NCBI GenBank assembly: GCA_963716205.1
Contig: OY970290.1
Location: 30,411 to 94,410, forward strand
Source: an uncultured bacterium
GTDB lineage: Bacteria; Patescibacteriota; Minisyncoccia; Phycocordibacterales; GWA1-40-21
Direction of reading: 5' to 3'
Length of the DNA: 64,000 bases
Part shown: positions 27,809 to 37,608 of the stretch, piece by piece
Layout: each line of letters begins with the position of its first letter
Position numbering within the stretch: position 1 is the stretch's first letter
Position numbers and translations under genes: made by a program
The notes under the pieces: generated by a model
The model's database searches: none
What the model was told of the DNA's origin: nothing
Seen by the model: only the letters and a program-made list of their open reading frames with translations

Positions 27809-29026
27809 ATGGACAAATTCAAATTCAAAGCGATCGGAAAAGACGATAAAGTTTATGAAGGAATTCGCGAATCCCAAAATAAATTTTCTTTATACAACGA
27901 ACTCAAGGCGGAGGGCAGCACGCTTGTTTCTGCGGTGGAAATAAATCGCAAATCTCACTGGTTTGATTCTTTGACTGCGCTTTTTGGAGGAGTTCCGGAA
28001 GATCAGAAAATAATGTTCACCAAAAATCTCGGCTATATGATCGCCGCTGGGTTGCCGATCGCAAAGAGTCTTTCCGTTTTGGAAAGGCAGATCAGTAATG
28101 CCAAATTCAAGAGCATCATCGTTTCTCTCGAATCGGAAATCAGGAAAGGCCAGACGCTTTCCGATGCGGCATCGGCGTATCCGAGCATTTTTTCAAACCT
28201 GTTCGTATCAATGGTCAAGGCGGGAGAGGAAAGCGGCAAACTTTCCGAATCGCTTGAAATCGTCGGCGATCAGATGGACGGAATGCACAAACTGAAACAG
28301 AAAATTACCGGCGCGATGATTTATCCGGGCATTATTGTTTCCCTGATGATTATTATCGGAGTGCTGATGCTTATCTACGTCGTGCCATCGATCACCGCGA
28401 CATTTACCAGTTTGAACGAAACCTTGCCCATCTACACGCAGATATTGATAGGAACGAGTAATTTTTTGAAAAACAACATATTGCTTTCTCTTGTTATCGT
28501 AGTCGCGGCCGTCCTTTTCTATTATCTTTTCTCAATCTCGAAAATCGGAAAGCGATCAATCGATTTTATTTCGCTGAAATTGCCGGTTGTCGGCGAGCTT
28601 GTCCGTGAGACAAATTCTGCACGTATTGCGCGGACACTTTCGTCACTTCTTTCTTCCGGAGTGGCTTTTGACAAGGCGATTTTGATCACAGGTGATGTCA
28701 TCGGCAACAGTTATTTCAAAAAGATTTTGAGTGATGCCTCCATGCGCGTGCAGAAAGGCGAGACAATCTCGAGCGTTTTTTTGGCGAATACGAAAATTAT
28801 GCCGGATTTTGTCGGAGAAATGATGAATGTCGGCGAAGAAACCGGCCAGCTGCCGCAAATGCTCATGGAAGTTGCCACGTATTATGAAAATTCCGTTGAT
28901 CAAAAAACAAAAGACATGTCCACTATCATTGAGCCCGTGCTGATGATTATCATTGGCGTCGTGGTTGGATTTTTTGCCCTTGCTATCATCAAGCCGATTT
29001 ATTCCGTCATGGACAACATCAGCTAA
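27809..29026 (+). CDS. pilC: Type IV pilus platform protein PilC (GspF family)
   Basis: Two T2SS_F repeats and three TM helices. 405 aa, downstream of pilB. Confidence 0.85.
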   Translation: MDKFKFKAIGKDDKVYEGIRESQNKFSLYNELKAEGSTLVSAVEINRKSHWFDSLTALFGGVPEDQKIMFTKNLGYMIAAGLPIAKSLSVLERQISNAKFKSIIVSLESEIRKGQTLSDAASAYPSIFSNLFVSMVKAGEESGKLSESLEIVGDQMDGMHKLKQKITGAMIYPGIIVSLMIIIGVLMLIYVVPSITATFTSLNETLPIYTQILIGTSNFLKNNILLSLVIVVAAVLFYYLFSISKIGKRSIDFISLKLPVVGELVRETNSARIARTLSSLLSSGVAFDKAILITGDVIGNSYFKKILSDASMRVQKGETISSVFLANTKIMPDFVGEMMNVGEETGQLPQMLMEVATYYENSVDQKTKDMSTIIEPVLMIIIGVVVGFFALAIIKPIYSVMDNIS

Positions 29027-29028
29027 AA

Positions 29029-29391
29029 TTATTTTTCTTTTTTAATATTCCAAAAAATAATTCCGCCAACGACTGCAAGCAGTACAATGATAAACCAATA
29101 CCAAAGGTTATTGGCTGAATTCGCCGGATTCGTTTGAGTGGCGTTTGTTTGCGGATTGGAAGCAGGTAGAGCATTTGCTGAAGCGATATTGGAAGAATTT
29201 TGAGCGGCGACATTTGCATTATAGACGGAGATATCAAAATTTTTGGACATATTTGAAGTAACACTTGCCGGCACGGGCTGGACAGAATGATTATTTGTCG
29301 ACCAATTTTCAAGTATGACAGCGGAAGAACGCGTCGCGAAAGCGAAACTGAATGAAAATAACATTAATGCGGTTATAAATTTTTTAGACAT
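29029..29391 (-). CDS. Small secreted protein with C-terminal TM anchor
   Basis: Signal peptide, then an N/S/A/T-rich region, then a TM helix (WYWFIIVLLAVVGGIIFW) plus NIKKEK. Last gene of the convergent pilin operon. Confidence 0.45.
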   Translation of the reverse strand: MSKKFITALMLFSFSFAFATRSSAVILENWSTNNHSVQPVPASVTSNMSKNFDISVYNANVAAQNSSNIASANALPASNPQTNATQTNPANSANNLWYWFIIVLLAVVGGIIFWNIKKEK

Positions 29392-29394
29392 TTT

Positions 29395-30810
29395 TTAATT
29401 GCTTATCCAATTTATCTGCTGGTAACCGGAAGCGGAAAAAGGGAAACTCGGCGGCGGACTGTATAAAAGATTATTGTCATAGGTGTAATACGAATTGGTA
29501 TAACCGGATAAAACATCAGTGCTGATGCCGCTTGTCCAGACAAAATTATCAAACCACCAGCCGAACTCAATTATTGCTCCGTAAATATTGAGATTGTTTT
29601 TTATATCACCTGGATAATAGAAAAACTGGAAACTGGTATTTTGAGAAATGACCGCCGCATCAACCTCGAGATTATTCGGAGCATAATATGTCGGAATGAT
29701 ATCTTTCTGTCCTATCAATCCCAAAACATCCGATCCATCTTTTACTTTGTAGATGATATTGTTCGGAATATATATTGTCGGGGCCGTTTGCGGATTGTAG
29801 GGAAGCTGTGCGGCTGCTACCGTTACTCTTCCGTTCACGGTGCCTTCAACCCACACATTATCTTCGACATAAATAATTCCATTTGCCGGAATAGCCTCGG
29901 TATATTGGAGTGTCCGATTATTATAATCGGTATAATTATTTTCGGCGATCCAATTCATATTGACATCATATGTGCCGCCTGCGGGATTGGAAAGCAAACT
30001 AGTGACTTTATATACACTGACGGTTCCGTTACTTTGAAATACAAGGGAATATCCGTCCGCATTTGAGGGCGGAAGATAAATTCCTCCACTTTGGGCAAGG
30101 CTTTTTATGGAAGCCAGATTGGAAGTGAAAGCGGAAAAATCAATTGCGGGCACAGGGAACTGCCAGAAACTTGAATTTCCCGATCCCCAAACACCTGGCA
30201 TCGTTTGCGATGTGCAGTCTTGCCACGACGGACAGGTATATGTCGCTTCCGCGGAACTGATGGGAGCATTTCCGATAACGTCAAAACGCACGCCGTTATT
30301 CGACTGGACTTGCCCGCTGAATACTGACGGGGAATAATAAATCCAGACCGGACCGTTGTTCAATATTGAATACTGGGCAAGCGATGGAATTCCGTATTGT
30401 GCGGTGACCGTTCTCGTGATCTTCGGATTGGCAATGGTAGAGCCGGTGGATTGTATCGTGACGATTGTCGAGCCGACTTTCGGCGGAGTGATCTGCAGAC
30501 TGAATTGTCCTATTATTTGCTGCGTATCAAAATCAACATACGAATGCACATACGGACCGGTCGACGTTGAGCCGTCCTGATAATCGTTTGGAAAATATGC
30601 CAAATGCCATTGATAATAATTGATTCCCGCATCGGCGATCTGTAACGCCTGCTCGCGGTCAATGGAAGAATTAATCACCCCGACCCTGACAACGAGGGAT
30701 TGTATCAGCGGATAGATGATTACGGACATGAGAAAAATAATGACCATCAGATAAATGAGCGCATATCCTTTATTTCCCCCGCACATTTTTTGATACATTT
30801 TTTTCATCAT
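29395..30810 (-). CDS. PilX-like / minor pilin-like protein
   Basis: N-terminus GNKGYALIYLMVIIFLMSVII resembles a PilX_N / prepilin-like hydrophobic segment in which Tyr replaces the +5 Glu. Large beta-rich extracellular part of 471 aa. Confidence 0.5.
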   Translation of the reverse strand: MMKKMYQKMCGGNKGYALIYLMVIIFLMSVIIYPLIQSLVVRVGVINSSIDREQALQIADAGINYYQWHLAYFPNDYQDGSTSTGPYVHSYVDFDTQQIIGQFSLQITPPKVGSTIVTIQSTGSTIANPKITRTVTAQYGIPSLAQYSILNNGPVWIYYSPSVFSGQVQSNNGVRFDVIGNAPISSAEATYTCPSWQDCTSQTMPGVWGSGNSSFWQFPVPAIDFSAFTSNLASIKSLAQSGGIYLPPSNADGYSLVFQSNGTVSVYKVTSLLSNPAGGTYDVNMNWIAENNYTDYNNRTLQYTEAIPANGIIYVEDNVWVEGTVNGRVTVAAAQLPYNPQTAPTIYIPNNIIYKVKDGSDVLGLIGQKDIIPTYYAPNNLEVDAAVISQNTSFQFFYYPGDIKNNLNIYGAIIEFGWWFDNFVWTSGISTDVLSGYTNSYYTYDNNLLYSPPPSFPFSASGYQQINWISN

Positions 30811-30811
30811 A

Positions 30812-31453
30812 TTAATCTCCCAAATTGGTTTTTAAGTTTCGTATTGAAGCCCCGGCGCTTACCGAGAATGTGCTTGTAGAAAGGGCGGTGGTCTTTTTGA
30901 GAATATTCATGGTAATGAGAACGTATTTTACTTGGGTTACATTTACCGGCTGAACGAGCGGGAGGGTTGAAGAGATGCCGGCATAATTGCCATCGTAATA
31001 ATAAAAAATCGGCGCTCCCGTATTCGCAATATTATTTTGCACAGGAATGATTTTTTCGGAAGCGGAATTATAGGTAAGCGGACTGCCGGTCGGAATGATA
31101 ATACCTTCGTAGAGAGTACCTCCGTTTACATAATAGCGGATCTTGGCGAGAATTCCCGAACTTTGTCCATAGCTTGAATAGAAAATAATCTGAGTTGTGC
31201 TTGCTTGATTGATCGGATATCCGCCGTCATTGCCAACCGAGGCATTTCGAATCTGATTTACAAAATTTCCGGCGACAATGCCGGCACTGTCCACCGTGCC
31301 GATCGAAGCCGAGCTGTTGTTTGCATTCATAAACAAATTAGTGACAAGCGCGTTGACGCCAAGAGCCAAGATAGTGAAAATGACTATCACCATCATTGTT
31401 TCAACGAGAGTGAATCCTGTTTTAAATTTTTTTTTGTTGTGAATAGATCGCAT
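30812..31453 (-). CDS. Type IV pilin / pseudopilin (minor pilin)
   Basis: Classic prepilin N-terminus KTG|FTLVETMMVIVIFTILALGV (G-F-T-L-V-E). Confidence 0.72.
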   Translation of the reverse strand: MRSIHNKKKFKTGFTLVETMMVIVIFTILALGVNALVTNLFMNANNSSASIGTVDSAGIVAGNFVNQIRNASVGNDGGYPINQASTTQIIFYSSYGQSSGILAKIRYYVNGGTLYEGIIIPTGSPLTYNSASEKIIPVQNNIANTGAPIFYYYDGNYAGISSTLPLVQPVNVTQVKYVLITMNILKKTTALSTSTFSVSAGASIRNLKTNLGD

Positions 31454-31456
31454 ATG

Positions 31457-33238
31457 TTAATGGCTCAATGAAACTTGAAACGATTGATAGCCGGAAATGC
31501 TCAAAGGGCTGATTGTTTGCGTCGCGTATCCAGGTGCACTGACGGTGATTTGATAGTTGCTGTCTTTTTGCAGGCCGGGGAAGAAAACTTGTCCAGGCGT
31601 AAAGCATCCGGAAACATAATTTATATTGACGCTCGTCAGAACCGGCGTTTCCGTGTCGTCCGTCGTGCTCAAAAATACTTCATAGCGAAGATAGCGTGCG
31701 GACGGACTATTGATGGTCGTTCCAGGAGTCGTATAATAGCTTGCGTTTGTGCCGTCCGGACCGATGAAGTTCCATGTCGTTGTGGCAGTATCCGTATTGC
31801 TCGTTGCAATTTGAAATTGTATTAATGTCGCAGGATTTTGCGAGGTCGGCTGCCAATCCAAAGTCGTGTAGGTCGTCGAAGCCGTGCCGGTATCAAAGGT
31901 GGAAGAAATCAATGAACCGTTTGAAGTATACGTCACGCCGCCATCATAACTCAATAAGCGCAAAGCCGTCGGTATGACATTGGTGCTGACGTGTCCGTCG
32001 TCTGAAAAATATTTCGTATCGTCCGACCAGTCGGCCTGGCCCGATCCGCCGGACCAATCATTGCTACTCCAGATATTGCCACCGGTGAATCCTTCGAAAT
32101 TCGTTTGCGTGTCTGTCGCATCCTCAAGCTGGACATCGGCATTTTCAATCGGATTGTTCGTGGTCGAATCTTTGACGATTACCAAAAGACTGTTTGTCGT
32201 TTTTGGCCCGAGGATGAGCGTAAAACTTTGTGCCGTATCGGGAAGGACGGTTACGACTTGGATGGGTGAAGAGCCATAGACCATTTTTGTTGGATCAGTC
32301 AAAATGGGAGTGTAATTGTCCCATTCAATGGAACCGAGAGAAATATTTCCGTTACTGTCCGATGTGTAATCATGATCGAATTTCAATATATTCGGGCTGC
32401 CGATAAGCTTTGCACCTTGCACTTCCATGCCGATGTTTGGCAGTACACTACAGAGTTGATCGAGGGTGCTGAAAGACAATGAACTCAATTGGTCGATGGA
32501 AAAACTGATTTGAGTGACCTGTCCGTTTGCAATAGTGGAATCTGGTTTGATCGGATTCGGATTGCTGGCCGAGCTCGTATATGTTTGGTCGCTCGAATAT
32601 CCGTTTTTGGTAACAACAATGTGATATCCGTTGACACTGTCCGGCAAGCCGACTTCAATCCAATCGCCGCTTGCATTCGTTGTTCTGGTCAAATTTATGT
32701 TTGGCGTGATGTCGGTATTTGTAATATTTATTGTCGCATCTGGCACCGGCTGTCCGACTGCATTAAAAACTTCTATCGACAATGCCCCGGTGTTTGGCAG
32801 GCTTTCCAGGTCTTTCGGCACTATGGTAGTGACAAAATCATATATTTTTCCCGAAGTGATATTTTTTATATAAAGTTTTACCTGTTTGTAATCAGGACTC
32901 GACGAAGGATCGGCAGGGTCGCTGATATAATTGACCACATAATAAATTTGGTATGTTGAGCCATTGAGATTTATTTGCGTTGCATTCGGCAGATCCGGCA
33001 AGCTGCCGTGCGGATTTCCGCTGAGCGTGCCTACCGTGGAATAGGGCAAATTATGCACGACTTCCATATATTCGTCGGCAAGATTGGAAAGAGCGACATT
33101 GTCCCGATAGGCACTGATGCCTTTGACCATCAACGCCGAAGTTTGATAAATGACCATGGCAATCACAACAAAAATCGCAAGAGCAACCAAGCTTTCCACA
33201 AGTGAAAATCCTCCCTTTTTTGCCTCATTTTTTAACAC
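31457..33238 (-). CDS. Large (593 aa) type IV pilin-like protein
   Basis: Prepilin N-terminus KKG|FSLVESLVALAIFVVIAMVIY, followed by repeated beta-sandwich (prealbumin/CarboxypepD_reg-like) segments such as YHIVVTKNGYSS and YQITVSAPGYATQ. Confidence 0.7.
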   Translation of the reverse strand: MLKNEAKKGGFSLVESLVALAIFVVIAMVIYQTSALMVKGISAYRDNVALSNLADEYMEVVHNLPYSTVGTLSGNPHGSLPDLPNATQINLNGSTYQIYYVVNYISDPADPSSSPDYKQVKLYIKNITSGKIYDFVTTIVPKDLESLPNTGALSIEVFNAVGQPVPDATINITNTDITPNINLTRTTNASGDWIEVGLPDSVNGYHIVVTKNGYSSDQTYTSSASNPNPIKPDSTIANGQVTQISFSIDQLSSLSFSTLDQLCSVLPNIGMEVQGAKLIGSPNILKFDHDYTSDSNGNISLGSIEWDNYTPILTDPTKMVYGSSPIQVVTVLPDTAQSFTLILGPKTTNSLLVIVKDSTTNNPIENADVQLEDATDTQTNFEGFTGGNIWSSNDWSGGSGQADWSDDTKYFSDDGHVSTNVIPTALRLLSYDGGVTYTSNGSLISSTFDTGTASTTYTTLDWQPTSQNPATLIQFQIATSNTDTATTTWNFIGPDGTNASYYTTPGTTINSPSARYLRYEVFLSTTDDTETPVLTSVNINYVSGCFTPGQVFFPGLQKDSNYQITVSAPGYATQTISPLSISGYQSFQVSLSH

Positions 33239-33327
33239 CAGACAAATTTTATCATGTTTCTGGGCACAATTCTAATGAAAGCAGCGGCTGCTTTCAAAAA
33301 TTTTCCCTGCATGCTATCATTCGCATT

Positions 33328-34494
33328 ATGGAAGCAAAAGAAAACAACAAATTTGTTGTGAACATTACTCCGGGTTCTTTTTTGAAGGGAATTTTGCTTG
33401 TCCTTCTTTTTTGGTTTTTGTTTTATATCAAGGATGTCGTGCTTGTCGTTTTGACCGCAGTCGTTCTTGCTTCCGGCATCGAGCCTTTGATCGGTTGGTT
33501 CAAAAGATTCAAAATCAAACGGCTTCCGGCGGCGATTATCTCTTATGTATTTTTATTCGGAGCTTTTGCCGGACTGATGTTTTTTTTCGTTCCGGCTGTT
33601 TTGAATGAGACATCTTCATTCCTTTCAGACTTGCCGCAATATCTTGATTCGACGACTCTGTGGAATCCGCTCAGTATTTCAAGCACCGATATTTCAACAT
33701 CGCAAAAAGTTGTTCAAAACGTATCAGAAGGTCTTAACAATCCGAGTCAGCTGGTAAAAGCTGCGGGTCAACAAGTAAATCCTACCGGTAATTCAAATTT
33801 TGGTATCGGAGACCTGATACAAAGTGTTCAGAGCATCACTTCAAATGTTACTGGCGGATTCGTCAAAATTGTTAGCGCAGTATTCGGAGGATTTCTTTCA
33901 TTTATTTTAATTATCGTTTTGTCTTTTTATCTTGTCGTTCAGGAAGACGGTATTGCTAAATTCTTGGGTCTTGTCACTCCCGTCAAACAGGAAAAATATG
34001 TCGTCGATCTCTGGAAACGGTCGCAAAGGAAAATCGGACAGTGGATGCAAGGACAATTGTTACTCGGTGTACTTGTCGGTGTCCTATTGTTTCTCGGTTT
34101 GACGATTCTCGGCGTGAACAACGCACTTTTGCTCGCAGTCGTTTCCGGACTGCTTGAAATTATTCCAGTTTTCGGTCCGATCATTGCTTCCATTCCCTCC
34201 ATCATTATGGCGTTTGTCGGCGGAGGAGTGACCGCGGCGCTCTTAGTTGTCGGTCTGTATATCATTGTCCAGCAATTTGAGAGCAATCTCATCTATCCGC
34301 TCGTCGTCAGAAAAATCATCGGTGTTTCGCCGATACTTGTCATTCTCGCACTCATTATCGGCGCAAAGCTTGCCGGCTTTTTGGGAATCGTCCTTGCCGT
34401 GCCGACCGTTTCGGTCCTCATGGAATTCATGGAAGATGTCGAACGGAGAAAAATTCTCTTTTGGAAAAAAGCCGAGGAACTGGAAAAAATCTGA
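33328..34494 (+). CDS. AI-2E family transporter (PerM-like)
   Basis: About 8 TM helices and the conserved C-terminal LLEIIPVFGPIIASIP motif of the AI-2E/UPF0118 family. Internal ATG chosen, since the upstream part of the track ORF overlaps the pilin gene. Confidence 0.85.
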   Translation: MEAKENNKFVVNITPGSFLKGILLVLLFWFLFYIKDVVLVVLTAVVLASGIEPLIGWFKRFKIKRLPAAIISYVFLFGAFAGLMFFFVPAVLNETSSFLSDLPQYLDSTTLWNPLSISSTDISTSQKVVQNVSEGLNNPSQLVKAAGQQVNPTGNSNFGIGDLIQSVQSITSNVTGGFVKIVSAVFGGFLSFILIIVLSFYLVVQEDGIAKFLGLVTPVKQEKYVVDLWKRSQRKIGQWMQGQLLLGVLVGVLLFLGLTILGVNNALLLAVVSGLLEIIPVFGPIIASIPSIIMAFVGGGVTAALLVVGLYIIVQQFESNLIYPLVVRKIIGVSPILVILALIIGAKLAGFLGIVLAVPTVSVLMEFMEDVERRKILFWKKAEELEKI

Positions 34495-36005
34495 TGAAGG
34501 AAAAATCAAACTCAAATAAATTTTATATCACGACGACCTTGCCGTATGTGAATTCGGACCCGCATATTGGTTTTGCGATGGAACTTATCAGAGCGGATAT
34601 GATTGCACGATACAAAAAACTCCAAGGATTCGATGTCTTTTTCAATACCGGCACGGATGAGCATGGATTGAAAATTTTCCGTAATGCAGAAAAACTCGGC
34701 ATTAGCACGCAAAAATATGTTGATGATTACGCCGCAAAATTCAAAGCATTGATCCCACTTCTCGGTATATCGGATGACGTAGTGTTTACGAGAACGACGG
34801 ATGCACATCACATCAAGTCCGCGCAGGAATTCTGGAAACTCTGCGTCAAAAACAGCTATATTTATAAAAAGAATTATACGATCAATTATTGTGTCGGCTG
34901 CGAGCTCGAGAAATCCAATTCCGAATTGGTGGACGGCAAATGTCCGCTCCATCCAAATTTAGAAATTGAGTATATTGAAGAAGAAAATTATTTTTTCAAA
35001 TTTTCGGAATTTCAGCAACAGCTTTTGGATTTGTATAAAAAGAATCCTGAATTTGTCATTCCTGCGCATCGACTCAATGAAATAAAAGCTTTTGTCGAGC
35101 GGGGACTTTCAGATTTCAGCATTTCTCGGTTGAAAGAGAAAATGCCGTGGGGGATAGAAGTGCCGGGTGACAAAGACCAAGTGATGTATGTCTGGTTTGA
35201 CGCGCTCGTTAATTATATTTCCGCGATCGGCTGGCCGGATGATATGAAAAAGTTTGAAATGTGGCACAACAAAGAGAACGGAATGACTCAATACTGTGGT
35301 AAAGACAATCTCCGTCAGCAGGCTTCCATGTGGCAGGCAATGCTCATGGCAGCAGATTTGCCACCCTCCAAAACTATTGTGATAGATGGTTTCGTGACGG
35401 GTGAAGGTGGTGTGAAAATGTCCAAATCGCTCGGTAATACGATCGAGCCAGGTGAACTCGTTGCTGAATATGGAACTGATGCTCTACGACTGTATGTTGC
35501 AAAAGAAATCGCTCCGTTTGAAGACACTCCATTTACCAAAAAAAGTTTTCATGACGCGTACAATGCCAATCTCGCGAATGGGCTGGGGAATTTGGTGAGC
35601 AGGATTATGACTCTTTCTGAAAGAATTATAAAAAATCCACGCGTCGTTGAACTTATCGTGGAAGACGTTAAAAAAAGAGGACTTACTCTTTTTATCCAGC
35701 AGGATTTTGATAATTTTAACCTTCAGATGGCATGTCTTGGAATATGGAATCAAATAGCAAAACTTGATAAAAAAATAGCAGAAGAAGCCCCGTTTAAAGT
35801 TATCAAAGTTGATGAGAAAAAAGCAGAAGAAATGTTTGTAAAAAAACCAGTCGATGACCAACGTGATAATATTGGATATTTATGGGATTTGGCTACCATT
35901 GCTTACGAACTAGAACCAATTTTACCGGATACATCCCGAAAAATTATTGAAATCATGAAGAGAAACAAAAAACCTGAAACTCCTCTTTTTGTTCGCAAAG
36001 ATTGA
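34494..36005 (+). CDS. metG: Methionyl-tRNA synthetase
   Basis: Class I motifs PHIGFA (HIGH) and VKMSKSLGN. The ATG overlaps the AI-2E stop (TGATG). Confidence 0.9.
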   Translation: MKEKSNSNKFYITTTLPYVNSDPHIGFAMELIRADMIARYKKLQGFDVFFNTGTDEHGLKIFRNAEKLGISTQKYVDDYAAKFKALIPLLGISDDVVFTRTTDAHHIKSAQEFWKLCVKNSYIYKKNYTINYCVGCELEKSNSELVDGKCPLHPNLEIEYIEEENYFFKFSEFQQQLLDLYKKNPEFVIPAHRLNEIKAFVERGLSDFSISRLKEKMPWGIEVPGDKDQVMYVWFDALVNYISAIGWPDDMKKFEMWHNKENGMTQYCGKDNLRQQASMWQAMLMAADLPPSKTIVIDGFVTGEGGVKMSKSLGNTIEPGELVAEYGTDALRLYVAKEIAPFEDTPFTKKSFHDAYNANLANGLGNLVSRIMTLSERIIKNPRVVELIVEDVKKRGLTLFIQQDFDNFNLQMACLGIWNQIAKLDKKIAEEAPFKVIKVDEKKAEEMFVKKPVDDQRDNIGYLWDLATIAYELEPILPDTSRKIIEIMKRNKKPETPLFVRKD

Positions 36006-36009
36006 TGAA

Positions 36010-36498
36010 ATGAAAATAAATATTTTTACAACAGGTGGAACAATAGATAAAACCTACGCTACTAACAAAGGTACGGTTAATTTTTCTTTTGGTGACCCAG
36101 CGATAAAAGAATTATTCGATAAAAAATTAAAAGTAGGATTTACTTTTAATATCAAAAATATTTTATCAAAAGATAGCACTGAAATGACAGATGAAGATAG
36201 AATTTTGGTTAAGAAAGCCTGTGAAAAATCTGACGTTTCCAAAATATTGATTACTCATGGCACTGATACCATGATTGATACGGCAAAAGTTTTAGCTGGT
36301 ATAAAAGATAAAATTATTATTTTAACGGGTTCATCTTTACCTTATATATTTAAAGATTCAGATGCTGATTTTAATATTGGAGTTGCTATTGGAGCACTGA
36401 ATGTTTTGGAAAATGGTGTTTATATCGCTATGAACGGAAGAATTTTTCCTTGGAACAAATGCCAAAAAACACAAGACGGAAGATTTATTGAATTGTAA
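36010..36498 (+). CDS. L-asparaginase N-terminal-domain-only protein
   Basis: Motifs IFTTGGTIDK and ITHGTDTM are the catalytic-Thr motifs of asparaginase/GatD N-domains. There is no C-terminal domain (163 aa). Confidence 0.6.
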   Translation: MKINIFTTGGTIDKTYATNKGTVNFSFGDPAIKELFDKKLKVGFTFNIKNILSKDSTEMTDEDRILVKKACEKSDVSKILITHGTDTMIDTAKVLAGIKDKIIILTGSSLPYIFKDSDADFNIGVAIGALNVLENGVYIAMNGRIFPWNKCQKTQDGRFIEL

Positions 36499-36501
36499 TT
36501 T

Positions 36502-37275
36502 ATGCAGATCAAATACATCGATATCCATTCGCACCTTGGTTTTGCTGATTATGGGAAAGATCAGGATGAAGTAGTGAAACGGATGCAGGATAATGGCGTC
36601 TCGACGATCACCGTCGGTACGGATTTGGAAAGCTCGCGCGAGGCGGTGAAAGTTGCCGAAAAATATGAAAATGTTTTGGCATGCATCGGCGCGCATCCGC
36701 ATGATGATACACATTTCGTATTTGTTGAGGAAGATTTTGCTGAGCTTGTGAAAAATCCGAAAGTGGTGGCAATAGGGGAATGCGGATTGGATTATTTTAA
36801 GCTGACGGAGAATATCAAAGCGGAAAAATCCCGTCAGAAAAAAGAATTTATAAAACAAATTGAGTTTGCCATTAAATATCAAAAACCTTTAATGCTTCAT
36901 GTCCGCGAAGCATACGAAGATGCGTATGAAATTTTGAAAAATTATCCGAAAGCGCGCGGTAATGTTCACTTTTTCACGGGTACTACCGAATGGGCGGAGA
37001 AGTTCATTGATCTGGGATTTACCATTTCATTTCCGGGAGTGATAACTTTTGCCAAGGAAACACAAGACGCAGTGAAAAATATTCCGCTCAATATGATGCA
37101 TGCCGAGACGGACTCGCCGTTTGCGGCACCGACTCCGTATCGCGGAAAGAGAAATGAACCAACCTATGTTATTGAAGTGGTGAAAAAAATCGCCGAACTT
37201 CGCGGCAATGATTTGGAAACCATCCAAAAACAGCTTTTGGAGAATGCGAAGAGGGTGTTTGGAATAAATATATAA
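36502..37275 (+). CDS. tatD: TatD-family metal-dependent hydrolase (DNase)
   Basis: DIHSHL metal-binding motif at the N-terminus, TIM-barrel length of 257 aa, and the conserved metG-tatD linkage. Confidence 0.85.
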   Translation: MQIKYIDIHSHLGFADYGKDQDEVVKRMQDNGVSTITVGTDLESSREAVKVAEKYENVLACIGAHPHDDTHFVFVEEDFAELVKNPKVVAIGECGLDYFKLTENIKAEKSRQKKEFIKQIEFAIKYQKPLMLHVREAYEDAYEILKNYPKARGNVHFFTGTTEWAEKFIDLGFTISFPGVITFAKETQDAVKNIPLNMMHAETDSPFAAPTPYRGKRNEPTYVIEVVKKIAELRGNDLETIQKQLLENAKRVFGINI

Positions 37276-37282
37276 AAGTAGG

Positions 37283-37310
37283 CTTCACGGTTGACCGTGA
37301 AGCCTTTTGT
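37283..37310. terminator. Terminator hairpin (aggcttcacgg-ttgac-cgtgaagcct plus T-run)
   Basis: Seen in the sequence directly after the tatD stop. Confidence 0.6.
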
Positions 37311-37608
37311 ATTCTTTGAGTCTTATCCGTGCTTCTTTTAATTTTGCTTTTTGATAGGTGATACTTTCCGCCAATTTTTTCTTTTGTTTTGGTCCAAGAG
37401 GAGCAGCTTCAAGATGTTGCACGTCCGCCTTAATAGAATTTGCTAGGTCCCTTATAGTACTATAAAATCCGTGAATAAAAGGTTTCTCCATTTCCATCTC
37501 ATTTCTCCTTGAATGTATTCAAATCTATTTATTATATTAGCTACATTGAAGTAAATGTCAAATTGAAGAAGTCTTTTTATTTATCTTATATTTTGCTAGA
37601 GTATCAGG

